This document shows positions 29,076-42,997 of a stretch of DNA of 64,000 nt, piece after piece; positions within the stretch are counted from its first letter, which is position 1, and each line of letters opens with the position of its first letter. The notes beneath the pieces are model-generated. The model did not search any database, was not told where the DNA came from, and saw only the letters and a program-made list of their open reading frames with translations. Source of the stretch: Azolla caroliniana (Eukaryota; Plantae; Polypodiophyta); NCBI GenBank assembly GCA_043228905.1, contig JBHGNT010000006.1:22320001-22384000 (forward strand), read 5' to 3'. The position numbers and the translations under genes are program-made.

Positions 29076-30875
29076 TTAAGGGAACTTAGGTTGCTGTGAT
29101 GCCATTTTCATGTTTTTCGCTAACGGCTCAAGATTGGCCTCACTACCATCTTGTTCACCACTTTTCGATTGTAAAGGTATCGTATCGCGTACCATTCTAT
29201 AATGATGATGAGCTTTAGCCAATATTTGACCTTCCGATAGTCCATCTTCATGGATATAGGTATATCCACAATTTGGAAGGATCTCAGCATCTAAGGATAC
29301 CACCACTTGCCTTCGCCCCATCACATCAGACATTGGCAAGAGTTGTATAGTTGCTGCCTCTAGTCCCCTTAATAATACTTCCCCAAAATTGTCACAATTA
29401 ACATATTTTGCGAAGTGTAGTGTTTGTTGTCTAATAACCAATCTAACATCCGCTGCCACCCATGTTTGTTTATCATATCCACAAAAAGGGAAAGAAAATC
29501 CTACAAAAGATTGCATAGTCTTGAAAAGAACATGAACACGTATTGATGCACTGCCATTATCAACTATGTCTCCCAAAAATTTCAAAAACTCAAACCCATA
29601 TGTGGCATTCCATCGATTGATTGCAAAATCACTAGTACTTTCTACTTGAGAATTTATCGGGATTGTGCGAATGAAGTTCGCATTTAACCCTCTCAAGCTA
29701 GACGAACGTTTTGTAGATCTGTGAAGGTTTCGCGATACATTACTCAAGTTCAAATGTTGTTTACTTGATTCCATTGTTTTGCTCTGAGTGGCCATAACAA
29801 GATTATTAACTGATTCAGTCCCTTCTCTATTAGGAGTAGATTGTTCAGAAACATTACTAATTTGGCATATCTGAACATCATTTTGAGACAAAGAGTTATC
29901 TAGTTCCTGTATGGCATCATAACGGCCTATACTTACGTGAGCACCCTTAGATTCAATGCATTTATTGGGTATTGAGTGCCGTTTTTCAATTGGTTTCCAT
30001 ATCTCATCCTCGAATGTTTGGATATTTTTCCCTTTTTCATCCTTGGATGGCTGAACATTTTTCCCCTTTCCACTTCCTCCACCTAAATGAGATTGTTGCT
30101 TCTTATCCAGATTAACATGGTTAACGTCTGTATACACGTTATTTGTACCATTCTGGGGTCTAACCCCGTTCTTCTTTTTTGGGCAATCTTTCAAAACATG
30201 GCCTTGCTGTTTACAATAAAAGCATTGTCCAGGCATACCTATATACTCCAATTTTTGCATGAATGTCGAGTTCCCGGTAAGCGATGGTAAAAGTACCTGA
30301 GTAGGTAAATTTTCTATTGAGGAAACTAGTATTCGAATTGATGGGTATCCCGTTAATTTCATTCCTATTGTCTCCTCTCGAGGAGGAAGAATCGTGCCGA
30401 TTCTTGCTGCAATTGATGGGAGTACAGCCATGTATTCCTTAGGGGTTCTCGGGAAAACCACGGAAATCGGGGTCAAACGATGCCCCGAATTCAACATTTC
30501 GACGGGATCAAAGCCCGGTTTCCACGGCATAAAACAAGCTATTGCATTTCGAATGTTAATCGTATTTGCATTCAACATTACCACAACGGATTCAGCGGTA
30601 TCCAATTCTAAATGATAGAAAGCATGTCCAAGAAATTGCACATCGACGATTTTTCTGATCCTATGTTGGAAAGCCGCTTGTAGGAGATCTCTCAAATCTC
30701 CTCTATTTGGCCTTAAACCTATAATCCTACACACTATTGAGTAGGAATGTAGACGACTTACCTCTCTTTTCAATATCTCTTCTTCTTCCGGTGTGAAGAC
30801 GACAGTGAAGGCCGACCGTGAAGGAGTTGTCGGGGGCGCTGCGTGAGAGTTCCCCTGGTGTACCGTGTCAGCCAT
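29076..30875 (-). CDS. LINE ORF1 nucleic-acid chaperone (DUF4283/RRM-like region + zinc knuckle), 599 aa
   Basis: Open 599-aa frame directly upstream of ORF2. Knuckle CFYCKQQGHVLKDC and N-terminal LGHAFY/PWKPGFDP pattern typical of plant L1 ORF1. Confidence 0.88.
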   Translation of the reverse strand: MADTVHQGNSHAAPPTTPSRSAFTVVFTPEEEEILKREVSRLHSYSIVCRIIGLRPNRGDLRDLLQAAFQHRIRKIVDVQFLGHAFYHLELDTAESVVVMLNANTINIRNAIACFMPWKPGFDPVEMLNSGHRLTPISVVFPRTPKEYMAVLPSIAARIGTILPPREETIGMKLTGYPSIRILVSSIENLPTQVLLPSLTGNSTFMQKLEYIGMPGQCFYCKQQGHVLKDCPKKKNGVRPQNGTNNVYTDVNHVNLDKKQQSHLGGGSGKGKNVQPSKDEKGKNIQTFEDEIWKPIEKRHSIPNKCIESKGAHVSIGRYDAIQELDNSLSQNDVQICQISNVSEQSTPNREGTESVNNLVMATQSKTMESSKQHLNLSNVSRNLHRSTKRSSSLRGLNANFIRTIPINSQVESTSDFAINRWNATYGFEFLKFLGDIVDNGSASIRVHVLFKTMQSFVGFSFPFCGYDKQTWVAADVRLVIRQQTLHFAKYVNCDNFGEVLLRGLEAATIQLLPMSDVMGRRQVVVSLDAEILPNCGYTYIHEDGLSEGQILAKAHHHYRMVRDTIPLQSKSGEQDGSEANLEPLAKNMKMASQQPKFP

Positions 30876-31743
30876 CTCTTCCTCTTCGTCTACTGTGATC
30901 TGCGCAACATTCTCTTCATCCTTCGTTTCCTGTGTTGTGTTGAGTTTGTGTTTGTGTTGTACTCAACTGTTTACTCATCATTTTTCCATCCATCGGAGTT
31001 TGCATCAATCCTTGTGTTTTTCTCTTTAATCTATATGTACTTATCATTTTTTGTGTAGCGCCACCGCAATGTATCCATACATGCATATATGTGTCGCCAA
31101 CTGCAACCACTGAAATGAACGATCGTCAAAAAAATTATGCGCCTTTTTGCCATCGATCCCCCCTCCTAATCTATAAGTACAAAAAAACGCATCCCGACAA
31201 TCGGATCATATGATCCGAATCTTAGTCAACGTTGCACCCGAGTAAAAATGTCGCAAGCTTGAAAACAACAGGAATAAAACGAAAATGCACCCGATAATAC
31301 GATGCGCAGAACCTTTGTAACTTCTCATTACATGCACCACGTTGCATTAGTGTGTACAGCCTCTATCAATCTCTCCGTTACAATTAGTAATAAATCAATA
31401 AATAGTTACAGTTGGTCTCACTTGTCATGGAACATTAAAAGGTTATATTGCCAGAATCTATGCCATCTCGACCTCGATAGATTCTTCGAATCCACAAGAG
31501 TTTGTTGGTACACTGTAGCAGATGGATGAGTTACGAGGTCAAGAGCATCGCTCACATTGGTAGATTCGTGAATCCAAGTGAATGGGTATTCAACATACCA
31601 CTTCGAATTCATGCTCCTTGCCCCTAAAAGTATTCACATGACCCATTCTACTAAATTTGGGAGTTGATGTAGCCCCTTGGATGCTTAAAAGTTGGGGAAA
31701 CATGCATGAGCTCATACCCATCAAGCACTTTATCCTGATGTGG

Positions 31744-31969
31744 CACATAAGTATAGGGCACAACATATGTTTCACAAGTTCAAATTTGGTGGCACAATAG
31801 AAACTCATGTGGATTTAGCATACATTGATCAAATGTTAGTTCAATGATTCATGTACCACATAAGTATAGGGCACACCATATGTTTCACAAGTTCAATTTT
31901 GGTGGCACAATAGAAACTCATGTGGATTTAGCATACATTGATCAAATGTTAGTTCAATGATTCATGTAC
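31744..31969. repeat. Tandem duplication, ~113-bp unit x2
   Basis: CACATAAGTATAGGGCAC...GATTCATGTAC at about 31744 and 31857. Confidence 0.85.
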
Positions 31970-34900
31970 GTAAAGTCAAAAGCTTGAACTAACATTAATC
32001 AAATGGTACTTCAAGCTTTCGAATAAATAGGTCACAACATCATATGCTTTTGATTTTTACTTGGGTTGTCGTGCACTTTCCTTCTTCATTTCGTATGCTT
32101 TGTCCATAGCACCAAATTTCCAAACGATCATCTTCCATGCATTTTTGCATCCTTTTTTTTTCCTAAAAAAAAACTCCTTCCATTAGTTATAAAATTTTAC
32201 AAATGAGATGATTATGGACAAATCCCTGAAGGGATGCGATAGTTCCATCTTATGTGGATGCCCACTAACTCAAGAAAGGGAGAAGACGACCATTGTTGGA
32301 TGAAGGCTATTCGTTGTCTTTCAACTCCATCGGAACTGCCCTTAAGGCCATCATTTTTGCATCCTTGAAACAAGCATTGATTCACATCGAAACATTTTAT
32401 ACAACTTTTATAGTCCACTTGATATTGTTGTCCGAAGCATCAAAAGCATGCTTACATTGTTGCTTGTCTCCAATGGTGTGTGCCATATTATCATGGTTTT
32501 TTTATCTTGACATTTAATTGAACCAATCCTTAGTTGTATTACACATGTCCGATTAACTAATTTATCTTTCAAGTTTCTACGTTCACAAGATTCTAAATCA
32601 TATTTATACTAGAAGTCTTAAGAGCCCAAAGCATACGTATTAATGAAAGTTGCTTTGTAGTTGTTCTCCACTATATTTAGTTATGTTCAAGTAGCACATG
32701 TGCATCACTTTCAATTATTGAAACATTGATATGTTAATCCATTTTGGAATAACATTGTTGCATGGGAGTATCCTCTATTCATAATCTCGGTTCTTTGAAT
32801 CAGTTGTTTTTTGTTGCAAAGTACATTGCTAAATGTTGAGAGCAGTTCAACACATAGATAGATAGGAGAACAGTACCTATAAAATGGAAAGACCGCCTAA
32901 ATGTCACACTATTTTCTTACAATGAATACCAAAATTGAGGCTTGTCATCCTCTTAGGCATGATAGAAGAATAATGGATTATATTGTTTGTTGTCTATTAT
33001 GAAATGTCAAGTACACAACCAGGAACGATGTTGACGATAATATTCCCATATTATAATTCATATTTTTGACAACTTTTGAGTGTTGCATGTGTTCACATAA
33101 ACCCAACACAACTTGTAGTGCCTTTGATAGTATCAACCTTCGACAGATGCCAATATTGTGACAATGGCTCTAATAGTATATAAGATGGCCCAAAGCTATT
33201 TTTACTAAAAGACCTCTCACTCTCTCTTCATTCAAGTTCCTCCGGAGGCTACGCCTCCCCCCTAAAAAAAAAGAGCATGGCAAATTGCACTTATTATTTT
33301 GAGAAGCTTGATTTCGAAAGTTACCATAAGCCTACGTTATGCATGACATACAATGTATTATTTTATTTGAACATCAAATATGGGTACCTAAAAGAGAGAG
33401 AAATCCCAAATGGATCCCTTGATATTGTTTTCCCTATACCATTTTGACTAATCATATAGATGCAACATCTTTACAATGTTACATCCCTTCACAATGTGAG
33501 AGAAAAGTGAGTTTAAGATTCACATGACTTGCCTAAGTTGTAACATAGGAGTCTACTAATGGATAATTTTTTTATCGTTTTGTGAGGTCAAATTTGACCT
33601 ATGGGACCACAAGTGTAATATTTTCACTAGTATACATTATCATTGCAATTGAGAATTTACATTGTGCTTGTGAGAGAAATATTGGTAGGGGTTGGACCAC
33701 ATTGACAATGCATTACGAACATGCCATCCATAGCCATAAGAACTAGCAACATAATTAGTGACTTCTCAGTTGTTTGTTTGTTTCAGTGGTTTCCTCTTCA
33801 CTAGCTCTCTCCTATTTGGGAGTTCATATGTTGATTTCTTCCTTGTGAGGATGGATGTTCTTAACATAGTGAATCAACACGTAAGAGTCCATTCTTCTTC
33901 AAATGATATCATCAAACACAACACAAAAGAAGTGGATGGGCTATAACGATTACACCCTTATGATCCAATGCGGTGTAAATAATTAAGAAACCATAGGTAT
34001 AAGATTCACAAAATAAATAGATTATTTGTGTGTTAGAGGTAACGAAAGAGATATTTGTATATTGGCACTAAGATATATGTACAATGAATCAACAACTCAC
34101 TTGAAGGGAGAGTGTTGATATTAGATTGCATACTCGCTAGATGACAACTACCCTCTCATTGTCATTAGGATTTAGTTTGGTTATAGAATACAATTGACAT
34201 TAATTTTATGACAAGGGAGTTACATACCATGTTCCCCAAGTTATGGTATATTAACATCGAAAAAAAGCCTTATTTGTTAAGGAAATAGTTGAAGCCTCAC
34301 AAAGCAATTGTCGTGCTTCATATTTGAAATTATTTCTTCATATATTGTTTTCATCTATAACTCAAAACTTTGTTGTCATGTGCGTTTGCAATCTTTTATT
34401 TATGTTAGGCCATTCTAGGAAGTTGATCAACCTCTAAAAAGGTGATTCATAGGGAGAGAAAGATGATGTATGAAACAATTAGACAATACTTTGAAATAGA
34501 TGTGTCAACAATTTGAAGACAAGTAGGTTAGTTGGATAAACAAATGTGGCACGTAGAAGTTGGAAAACCAAGAGTTGATAACCAAAACAACTCAACATTG
34601 ATAGAAATAAGATTTTGAGCCCATACTTACCATTAGGGATGTATTCATACAATTGAGATATAGTAAGTTTCGACAATAATGAAATTGAGATTAATGATAT
34701 CCATGGAATCATACTTGACCATTCACTAGCCCATCGAAGGGAGATCCATCTAGGCCTAATAGGGACATTCCAACCAAATAGGCGTGTTTTGACGATTTTC
34801 ACATGTAGTGTACTCCAAGTTATGGATGTTCCTTGTAAAGCATGAATAACATTAGCAATGGCTATATCACAATCCAAGAAGGTCAAGACAACATGGACTC

Positions 34901-36044
34901 AAAAAACAAGTGGGAAATGTTGTTGCACATAGAATCACAAGCGAGGGCTAGTAACGTACTTCAGGAACACTTTCGGACAACTATGTGTGACTGTTTTTCA
35001 CGGGGCAAAATCAATGGAAACTATCGTATAGGGTAGATTTGTGTGGAAGTGAGGAATCAGAAAATAGAATCACTAAGAAGAGTGAAGAAGTGGATCACAT
35101 GAAGAAGAAGAAAGCGTATAGTTGGAAGAGCTCTCTATTCACTCTGATGAACAACACAGTCGAGGAAATCCTCGCGTGTTCGCGAAATGAAGCGGGACCA
35201 CCGGGGTCCTGGACCGGAAGGATTTGATGGTTGTACTAGATTTATCGAGAAAGTATTTAAAATAAATATAGAGAGATTGAGATTCCAGTTGTGAGACAAA
35301 TTGAGAGAGAGAGATTAACCCCTTGACTTCAATTTTGAGAGACAAGATACATCACCAATAAGATAACTATATTTTATTATTGTTTTCTTGATTCAATACA
35401 TAGCTTCTCCCTTATGATTCTTTTTCCTCCACTCTTTTATAGATGCCCCCAATGCATGTCAGGGTACAAGACATGCATGTGATGCATGTTTGCCACTTGA
35501 CGCTCATGCATTACATGTGACGCATGATATTCATGTCACTCATGTACGAGAATTTACATGTGAAGAATATAATGGAAAATACAACTTTTAAAGAAATGAC
35601 TTGGCGTAGTGGTAAGTCAATTGTGTTATGTAAGATTGTCCCTCCTTGTGGGGGAGTCGACCGGAAAGCCGAAACGAGAGTCAATTGGCCGAAATCGACC
35701 AAAAAAGCCAAAATGGGATTCGATCGAATGGAATTTAGCCTAATAGAAGTTTGAACAAATACACACATACATATATATACATAGTCATATATATGTATAT
35801 GTAAGATGAGTTAGTATATATATATAGAGAGCCATATTAGCTGCATATATATGTGGGATAACTCACTGAGAAAAAATAGTAAGAGACGTGTGAAAGTGAA
35901 CCCTTCTCAGTTTTCTCCTTTCCACGTTGTCGAGGTAGTTGTGGTTCATGTGGTGAAGTCGTAGGGACTATGGTTAAAAGGAGTTGGCTATATATTTTAT
36001 ATGGCTTGTGCAACAATGTTAGAAAGATTAAGGATAGGAAGTAA

Positions 36045-36380
36045 CAATCGGCAACGGTTCGGTTCGGTTTGAGAGGGTCCAAACCGAACCGTTTAAATTT
36101 TTTGAAACCTGAACCAAACTGCGAAACCGTTAAACCGAACCGTTAAACATTTTCCAAACCGTTAAAACATTAAACCGTAAAAACCACAGTTTTGTGGTTT
36201 GGTTTCGGTTTTCAACATAGGCCAAAATTTTAATATTTCATTTTAATTTTTTTTAAAGATGTTCCTAAAATGTGAAAATAAGGTCTAAAAATGAAAAGAT
36301 TGTTTAAAAACAATTTTTAGAATTTTTTTTAAAATTTTACTTTTAAAAAAAAATAAAATAAAAAATAAAGAATAAAAAAC
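36045..36380. mobile_element. AACCG/CGGTT-repeat MITE-like fragment (related to 45860-46055)
   Basis: ATCGGCAACGGTTCGGTTCGG start shared with 45865 (ATCGGCAATGGTTCGG), multiple AAACCG repeats, AT-rich tail. Confidence 0.55.
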
Positions 36381-38390
36381 CTTCTTGAATGCCAGAATCG
36401 TCTTTTCTTTTCCCTTCCCTCCGAAGTTCCAACTTTCCGGTGTCTTTGATGGTCCGGCCGCATCATCCGTGCGCCGTCGTTTTTCATCCACATACACTTC
36501 ATGCAATTGACATAACGCATGTACACTATTCTTATCTACGGGGCACTCCCATCTCGTAGCTTCCCGGATACATTCCACGACGCTTCGGATTTCATCATGG
36601 TTGGCTTTCTTCGAAATTTCTAACACTTCCGACCAAAAAGACGCCTTTGCTACAAATGACTCCCCCACAAGTATTCCCGCGGTTGTCGCATAATTGTCTT
36701 TCATTGCGATCTCCTCCTCTAGGACCTTCTTCATGCCGCCTTTCCAGAAGTTCAGTCGAAGTGGCTTCCGAGAATCCATCGAATGAATCCAATTTCCCTC
36801 GTAGTAGATAAAATCCCGTCGTAACGCCTCCTTGTGCTCGTCGCAATCTCTCCGATCATGTTCGGTGCTATCGCACCATATGCATCGACGGTCCATGTAC
36901 TTGGAACTTGTGGGACGGTCTTCCGTCTTCTTCACCATCGCGATTTTCAGATTCTCCATCTCCTTCAACAATTGCTCCACCGTGGTTGCGTCGATTCCCT
37001 TCTCGGTCATAGTCTCCCGAGCTTGCGGTTGATGGTCTTCCAATCCGGATCTCGATTTCAGAATCGGTTCCAAAACCCTCTTTTCTTCGTTAGCAAGCCA
37101 TTGCCCCCTCTTTGTATATCGTGCAACGATATCTCGCACGTTATCCCATGTATCAGTGAGGCCACTCTCGGTGGTTGTGTCCTCCAGAAGCAGTCCAAGA
37201 TCTTTCTGGTCCTAGACGTCTACAACTCATAGGAACATGATCACTTTGTCCGGTGCAAGGATAGCTTGATCTTTCGCGGACAACCTCCCGAACCGACTTT
37301 CGAATGCCAAAAACACATCGAGGACCTTCATCCCCTTATCCGGCGTTTCCACCCAATCTTCGAATCCTCTCCTCGTTGCCTTGGAGGAGTCCTCGATGGC
37401 GAACGTGGTCTTTAGCGCCTCTTCAAATGCCTCCCACGTCGGATTTTGTTGCCGTATCCCGTGGATACTCCCTTGAAGCCCGTCGGTCGCCACCTAGTTG
37501 GATGCCACTTGCAGTCCTTCCGAGATCGCGCACCGTAGCATTTCCACCTTGTAGTCCTGCAAATATCGCGACACATCTTTCCCATTGAATTGCCCGTTCC
37601 GTTGCACGAGCCGCTCAAATGTCGTTGCAATCTCCGACATCGAGCGTTGTTCTTGTAGCATCCGCTCGAACATCACCATCATATTGTTAGTCTTCATCTC
37701 CTTGCCACCCGTTTTCATGTTGGGTTCACCAAATGTGTCGTGCCTTTCGACGCCGGATCGTTTGCGTGAGTCGGGTGGGAACCGCTGGGGTTTTGGACTA
37801 GGAGGAAGAAGAATATGAGATAATGTTAGTTAGGAAGAGATTGTATGAAGAAGATATGAAACTCGTGAATCCCACGAGTATAATGTATTAATGGGTAATT
37901 AGATTGTACGAGAGAATTAGATGATAAAATCGTGAATCCCACGAATATTTTGTATTAATCAATCCTTCTAAAAAAAATCAACAACCATATACATCTTTCT
38001 CTCTTCCTTATATAGTGTTGGAAGAGTTTGAATTTATCACATGCAAGCATCATGCTTTTCCTAACTTTAGTTTTCATGCACACAACATGTGCATGATTAG
38101 CTTTCTATCCCATCTTTTCTTTTAACTCGAGTGTGTATGCATGAATAACTTTTTGTACCATGCATATCTAGAATATTTACATGGGATAAAGTTTAGTATA
38201 ACTTTAAAATTCATAGTATGCTAGTATAGTGGTAAGGTTGGGGTTTGTCTACGTGGAGGTACAGGGTTTGAATCCTGCCCTATGCACGTAATAAATATTT
38301 TTTAATATTTTATTTTTATTTATTATACGTACTCTAAATCGGATATAGTGTTTTACATATTTTACGTAGTGTGTGATTCACACTACGACA
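36380..38390 (-). mobile_element. Truncated gypsy family A element (5' LTR 37736-38390, decayed PBS 37714-37731, gag)
   Basis: LTR homologous to 1331-2043. Gag ORFs 37494-37718, 37227-37493 and 36285-37139, with knuckle CIWCDSTEHDRRDC. Confidence 0.85.
38222..38278 (+). promoter_or_regulatory. tRNA-like A/B box module in family A LTR
   Basis: TAGTATAGTGG at 38222 and GGTTTGAATCC with G at 38266 (44-nt spacing). CAGG/CCTG stem. Confidence 0.55.
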
Positions 38391-38534
38391 ACGCTACAAG
38401 CCTTCGTCACTGGCTTGAGGGGGAGGAACCGAGATTGCCACTACGAAGAAAGCCGAAGGCCGGACGGAAGCACACGAAGCCGACGAAAGCCAAAGCGGAT
38501 GTCGAACGCCTCACACTTGAGCTTGAGGGGGCGT

Positions 38535-38591
38535 TGTCGCGTTGTTACGTGCATGCGTGTAGAAGTGGTGGGACCACGAGGTTCTTGAACC

Positions 38592-38628
<37 letters not shown>

Positions 38629-39252
38629 CATAGATACGCGGAGCGAGAAGGAGAGATACAGAATGTGACACTTGATTTCAATAACAAGAGATTATAGTAA
38701 CAAGAGATTACAATAACAAGGGATTACAATAACAAGGGAATACAACTTTGACGGTTACAACCGACAAGGCGACGATGGACCCGACCCGAAGATCCTACTC
38801 ACACACTCAGACAACAATCGCTCGACTCCCAGAAACAAAACAAAGGGGGAGAGACTCTGCTGGAAGCACACGGGCTATCCACGAAGCAGAGGCAGCGAGC
38901 TCCCGACCCACAGAGACCGACGGTCGGAGGAGAAGAGAGAGCTCGGCCCTCAAATCTGCAGCAACACTTCGTCCTCCCTAGCGCGCGATCCTCGTTCCTT
39001 CCTTCTCTCCCTCCTTAAATAGTTCCCCCCTAAAGGGGTGCCCCTTTTCCTCAGCCAAACTGCTTTATTCCCTGTCCCTGTCGACAGAGATACGCACAAA
39101 ATCCCCTAATAAATGTGCACTACCTAGTATTTACACCAGTCACCCTAATTACAAATTATGTACAATATATCAATCCTCGCATCCACCCGTGTAAGAGCCG
39201 GTTCATGCGCCCTTTTCTTCGATTCCGCCTATGGCCGGTTTTCTTCACGACA
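38535..39252 (-). mobile_element. Gypsy family B solo LTR inserted at the PPT/LTR junction of a copia-like 3' remnant
   Basis: TGTCGCG...CTTCACGACA, TSD GCGT/ACGT. Flanks rejoin as CTTGAGGGGGCGT-ATTGAGAG, resembling a copia PPT followed by an LTR start. Confidence 0.75.
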
Positions 39253-42200
39253 ACGTATTGAGAGATAAATCTCAACTTAGTTTATTTAGTTAGTCAACCA
39301 TGTAACTTTGTAGTTACCTAGATAGAATCTAGCTAGAAGTGTTGACTATAACGCCTTAAATAGGACCTTGTACTTAAGTGGGATATTCTAGATCCTCCAC
39401 TCCTAAGTACATTTAATATAGGACTTACACCTTAGTACCTATATTCCACTCACACATGTGCACCTTTGCACATGAGATGTACATATACCTCATTGTGGGT
39501 ATTTTTGTATTTGACGATGATGATAATGCTAATTTAATATACTTACTCATCCCCCATCTTGTGTTGTTCATAAGTGTATCTCTCTCTCTCTCTCTCTCTC
39601 TTCCTCTCACACACATACACACACATATCACTTAATCTTTCGCGCTTATAAATTAATCACATAATTAGGTACTAATTAATCCTTGCTTAATTACTTACCT
39701 AATTCTTAACAAAATGCATACCCCCAGAAACATTCGTACTTCTAACACGGATGCACATTCCTCTTGCATGTTTTGAATTTCATTGACCTTGGTGGGGGAT
39801 GGCTTTCTCCCATACAGGCCACACATATGACCAACTATTAATATCTCTTTTGCCCCAAATATTGATTTTGCCCCTGATAAGGTCAAATGCAGTTCTTCCA
39901 TCCTTGATAGTATCTTCTTACAATCCTTGATATGGTCGGCAACGAATTGTCGGCAACCACTTTCGTCCAATTCCTCATTCTTCTCTTCCTCCTTGCATCC
40001 CTTAATCGGAACATCATCTAAAAAAGACATTGTAATATGAGGAATAAAATCAGGAAGTACCTTGTTCATTCCATTCATCATATGCGCCACTGAGTTGGTT
40101 GCTCCTTGCGGCAAGATACACATCCATACTAACCCTATAGGTGTCTTGATAGAAGTAATATCTCAACTTTTGATAGCAAGTTGAAATTGATCATACCCGG
40201 AATAAAGGTCTCTCATTGAATATATAGCTCTTCCTGCAAACATCTCATCAAACTCAGCCACAATTGGCCCTACTCTCGAGTTTCAGATTGTTACCTTATT
40301 CATGGGTTGCATATCTTGGATAAATCGGAGTCGTCCATCTTTCTTTAACACAATGAACCATCGACTCAAGTAAGGAGCGTTTGATGGTTCCAAGATACCC
40401 ATCCTTATCTTTTCTTTTAGAAGTTCTAATAGTTGAGGTATTCTAGCCCCAGGCAAGGGTATTGGCTTGAAATTCCATGGAATATGAGGGATAGTGAATA
40501 TAACCATGGGCTCCACAATTTCTGGATCCACACACCCTATTTCCTCAGGTTGGAATGCGAACGCCTTTCCATGCCTTTTTAATATCTCCCTGAATTGGTT
40601 TTCTTCAGCTGGTAATAGGAAGTCACCCCCGCCTATTTTCATCCCTTATATTGTTTCCGGAGTAAACACATGTCCCACCTTTCGTGGGTCTCTGATCATT
40701 GGCTCTGTGGCTGCTTCTTTGATTGCCCTTTCACTATCCCCTACAAGTGGAGCAACAATAGGAAGAACCTTCTTCTCCACTGTTTTGTACTTTGTTTGGA
40801 CATGTGCCTCATGATCATTTCGAGCAACTTCTTCAATGACCTCGTACATCTTGATCGAATGGATAGGAACTTGGATTTCGTTGTCGTCCTCCATTGCTTC
40901 CAGATGAGTTATTGTATCTTCAAGACTTAATTCTTCAAACATATCTTGAATTTCTTCATCATCATCATCTATTAATCCGGAAAGTACTCAGAAGCATTTT
41001 GTATTTTATTATTATCTACTTTTAGCATAAAAGTAGCACCACTAGATGAGATTGTACAAGGAATATCTTTATTTACATTATTATTTATGGGGTTTTCTTT
41101 CATGTCTGGGCTATCACAACCCCTACTTGTAAAAGCCCTATCTAAAAATCCTGGGAAAATTCTTCATCCACCTCCCGAACTGGATGTTCCCACAAGCATT
41201 CTTTATTTCTTTTGTGGTTGGACCTCATAGTTAAGAATTGGACTGTCTTTCTTCCATCTTAACTCTTGATTCTCGCGAAAACTGAACCATCATCGATCAC
41301 CTTTGTTTCCATCCTAATTGCGGTGATGTAAGGTTGACTGAGGATGACGGAGTAGGTTGATCGATCCTGCACAAAGAAATTTTGATTCACCGATACATCA
41401 CCAATTGTTACCTTGACATTGGGGCATGCTCTAAATAGATCCTCTGTAGTCTCTGTGGCAGCTCTTATCTTCCACCCATGATTCTTGTCGATCGGCCACC
41501 GTCCTTGAGTGTAAAATTCCGACGACATCATGTTAATCTCAGATCCATGATCGATCAAAGCAATACATGGAATTTGTTGCTCCCCAATTTTTGGAGGGGC
41601 CTCCGTTGTTGCTCGAGCCCAATGGTCCTTTGTATAGTGACTCCTATCCTCTTCATGAACCCCAATATCATTTCTGTTTTTTACATTGCAGTGTTAATGT
41701 TGCCACCATACAAATCTCGGAGTGTTGCCGCACACCCTCTCGTAAATTCCTCTGTCATGTGTCTTTCTTCTAATAATATCTATGATAACTTCTTGAAATT
41801 TTTTCTTTGCCATACCCAACATTTCTCTTAAAGTAAATTCTACCTTACTATTTAATATTTTTGTTTCTAGTACCTTTTTTATATCCGTCGTTGTTTCTAT
41901 GTCTGAAGCAAGCTTGAAAGATGGGCATGTCTTCCCTTTTACTCTATCAGCTTCCTTCGTCTCAAGAGCACCCTTTTCCATCTCTCTTCTCTTTTGTTCT
42001 CGTATCACATGTTTCTTTGCTGAATCAGCCTCCTCAACTCTCTTTCGCTTCTCTTCTACCAGTACCTCTTGTGCATTCACTTGGGTGTATGTTGATACTG
42101 CGTCTACTGGATCATCCCATCCAATGAAGTTCCGTATTTCATCTCCCACTCTTTTTAATTCATTCACTCGAACCTTCCCTTTTCTTGCATACTCCATCAA

Positions 42201-42997
42201 ATCTTGCCAAAATCCAAATCCACCATATGATTCTTCTATGCGCAACCCTAAGGTTGCCACAGATTGTATTGCTTGAGTTGTTTCTCTCTCGGCATCTTCC
42301 ATTAGTTTTTTCATTCCACCTCGCCGAAAGTTGAGTTGAAGTGGTTGTCAAGTCTCTGTGGAGTGAATCTTACCATCCTAATAGTAGATTTTATTAAGAT
42401 TAAGCACATCCATATGTTCTTGACAATCTTTCCTCTGGTGGTCAACACTATCGCACCACATACACCTGCAAACCATTCCACCTCCTTGCCTTGATGAAGT
42501 TGAGCTTTGTCCCGATTCCAACTTCGTCACTTTGATCGACAAGTCTTTCATTCCTTTCACCATTTCATGTAGGAGAGATTGTTCTTCTCTCTCTGATAGG
42601 TCCATAAACCATAACTTTCTTTTACAGAAATGGGCGCAAGCCCTTTTCACCTCCTCCTAGTCTTTGGTAAGTCCACTCGGACTATTCTGATATTCCAGAA
42701 GCACTCCCAAGTCCTTCCTATCTTTAATCTAAGTGGCTTGTAGTAATAATATTATTTTATCTAACAATATTATATTTCTATCCCTAACATTTAATTGCTC
42801 AAATATTTCTAAATTTTTTTTTAACACTTCCAAAACACTTAAATGTTTATTAGACTCTACCCAATCCATGAAAGCTCGCCTTGTCATCCTTGACATGTCG
42901 TTCAGGTTGTATTCATTCAATAATGCCCTTTCGTAAGTTGCCCATGTCTGATGCTTCCTCTGTAGCTCTTGGATCCTCTCTTGTAGCCCAATCGCGT

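Larger units (their letters stand above)
24662..30984 (-). mobile_element. Full-length L1-type LINE with poly(A) tail and 14-bp TSD
   Basis: TSD TCCATCCATCGGAG at 24648-24661 and 30985-30998. T19 run at 24663-24681 is the poly(A) on minus. Two uninterrupted ORFs, ~110-nt 5'UTR and ~32-nt 3'UTR. Confidence 0.95.

Noticed and set aside
32000-35100. Possible decayed coding sequence
   Set aside because: Short ORFs without identifiable motifs or a consistent exon structure.
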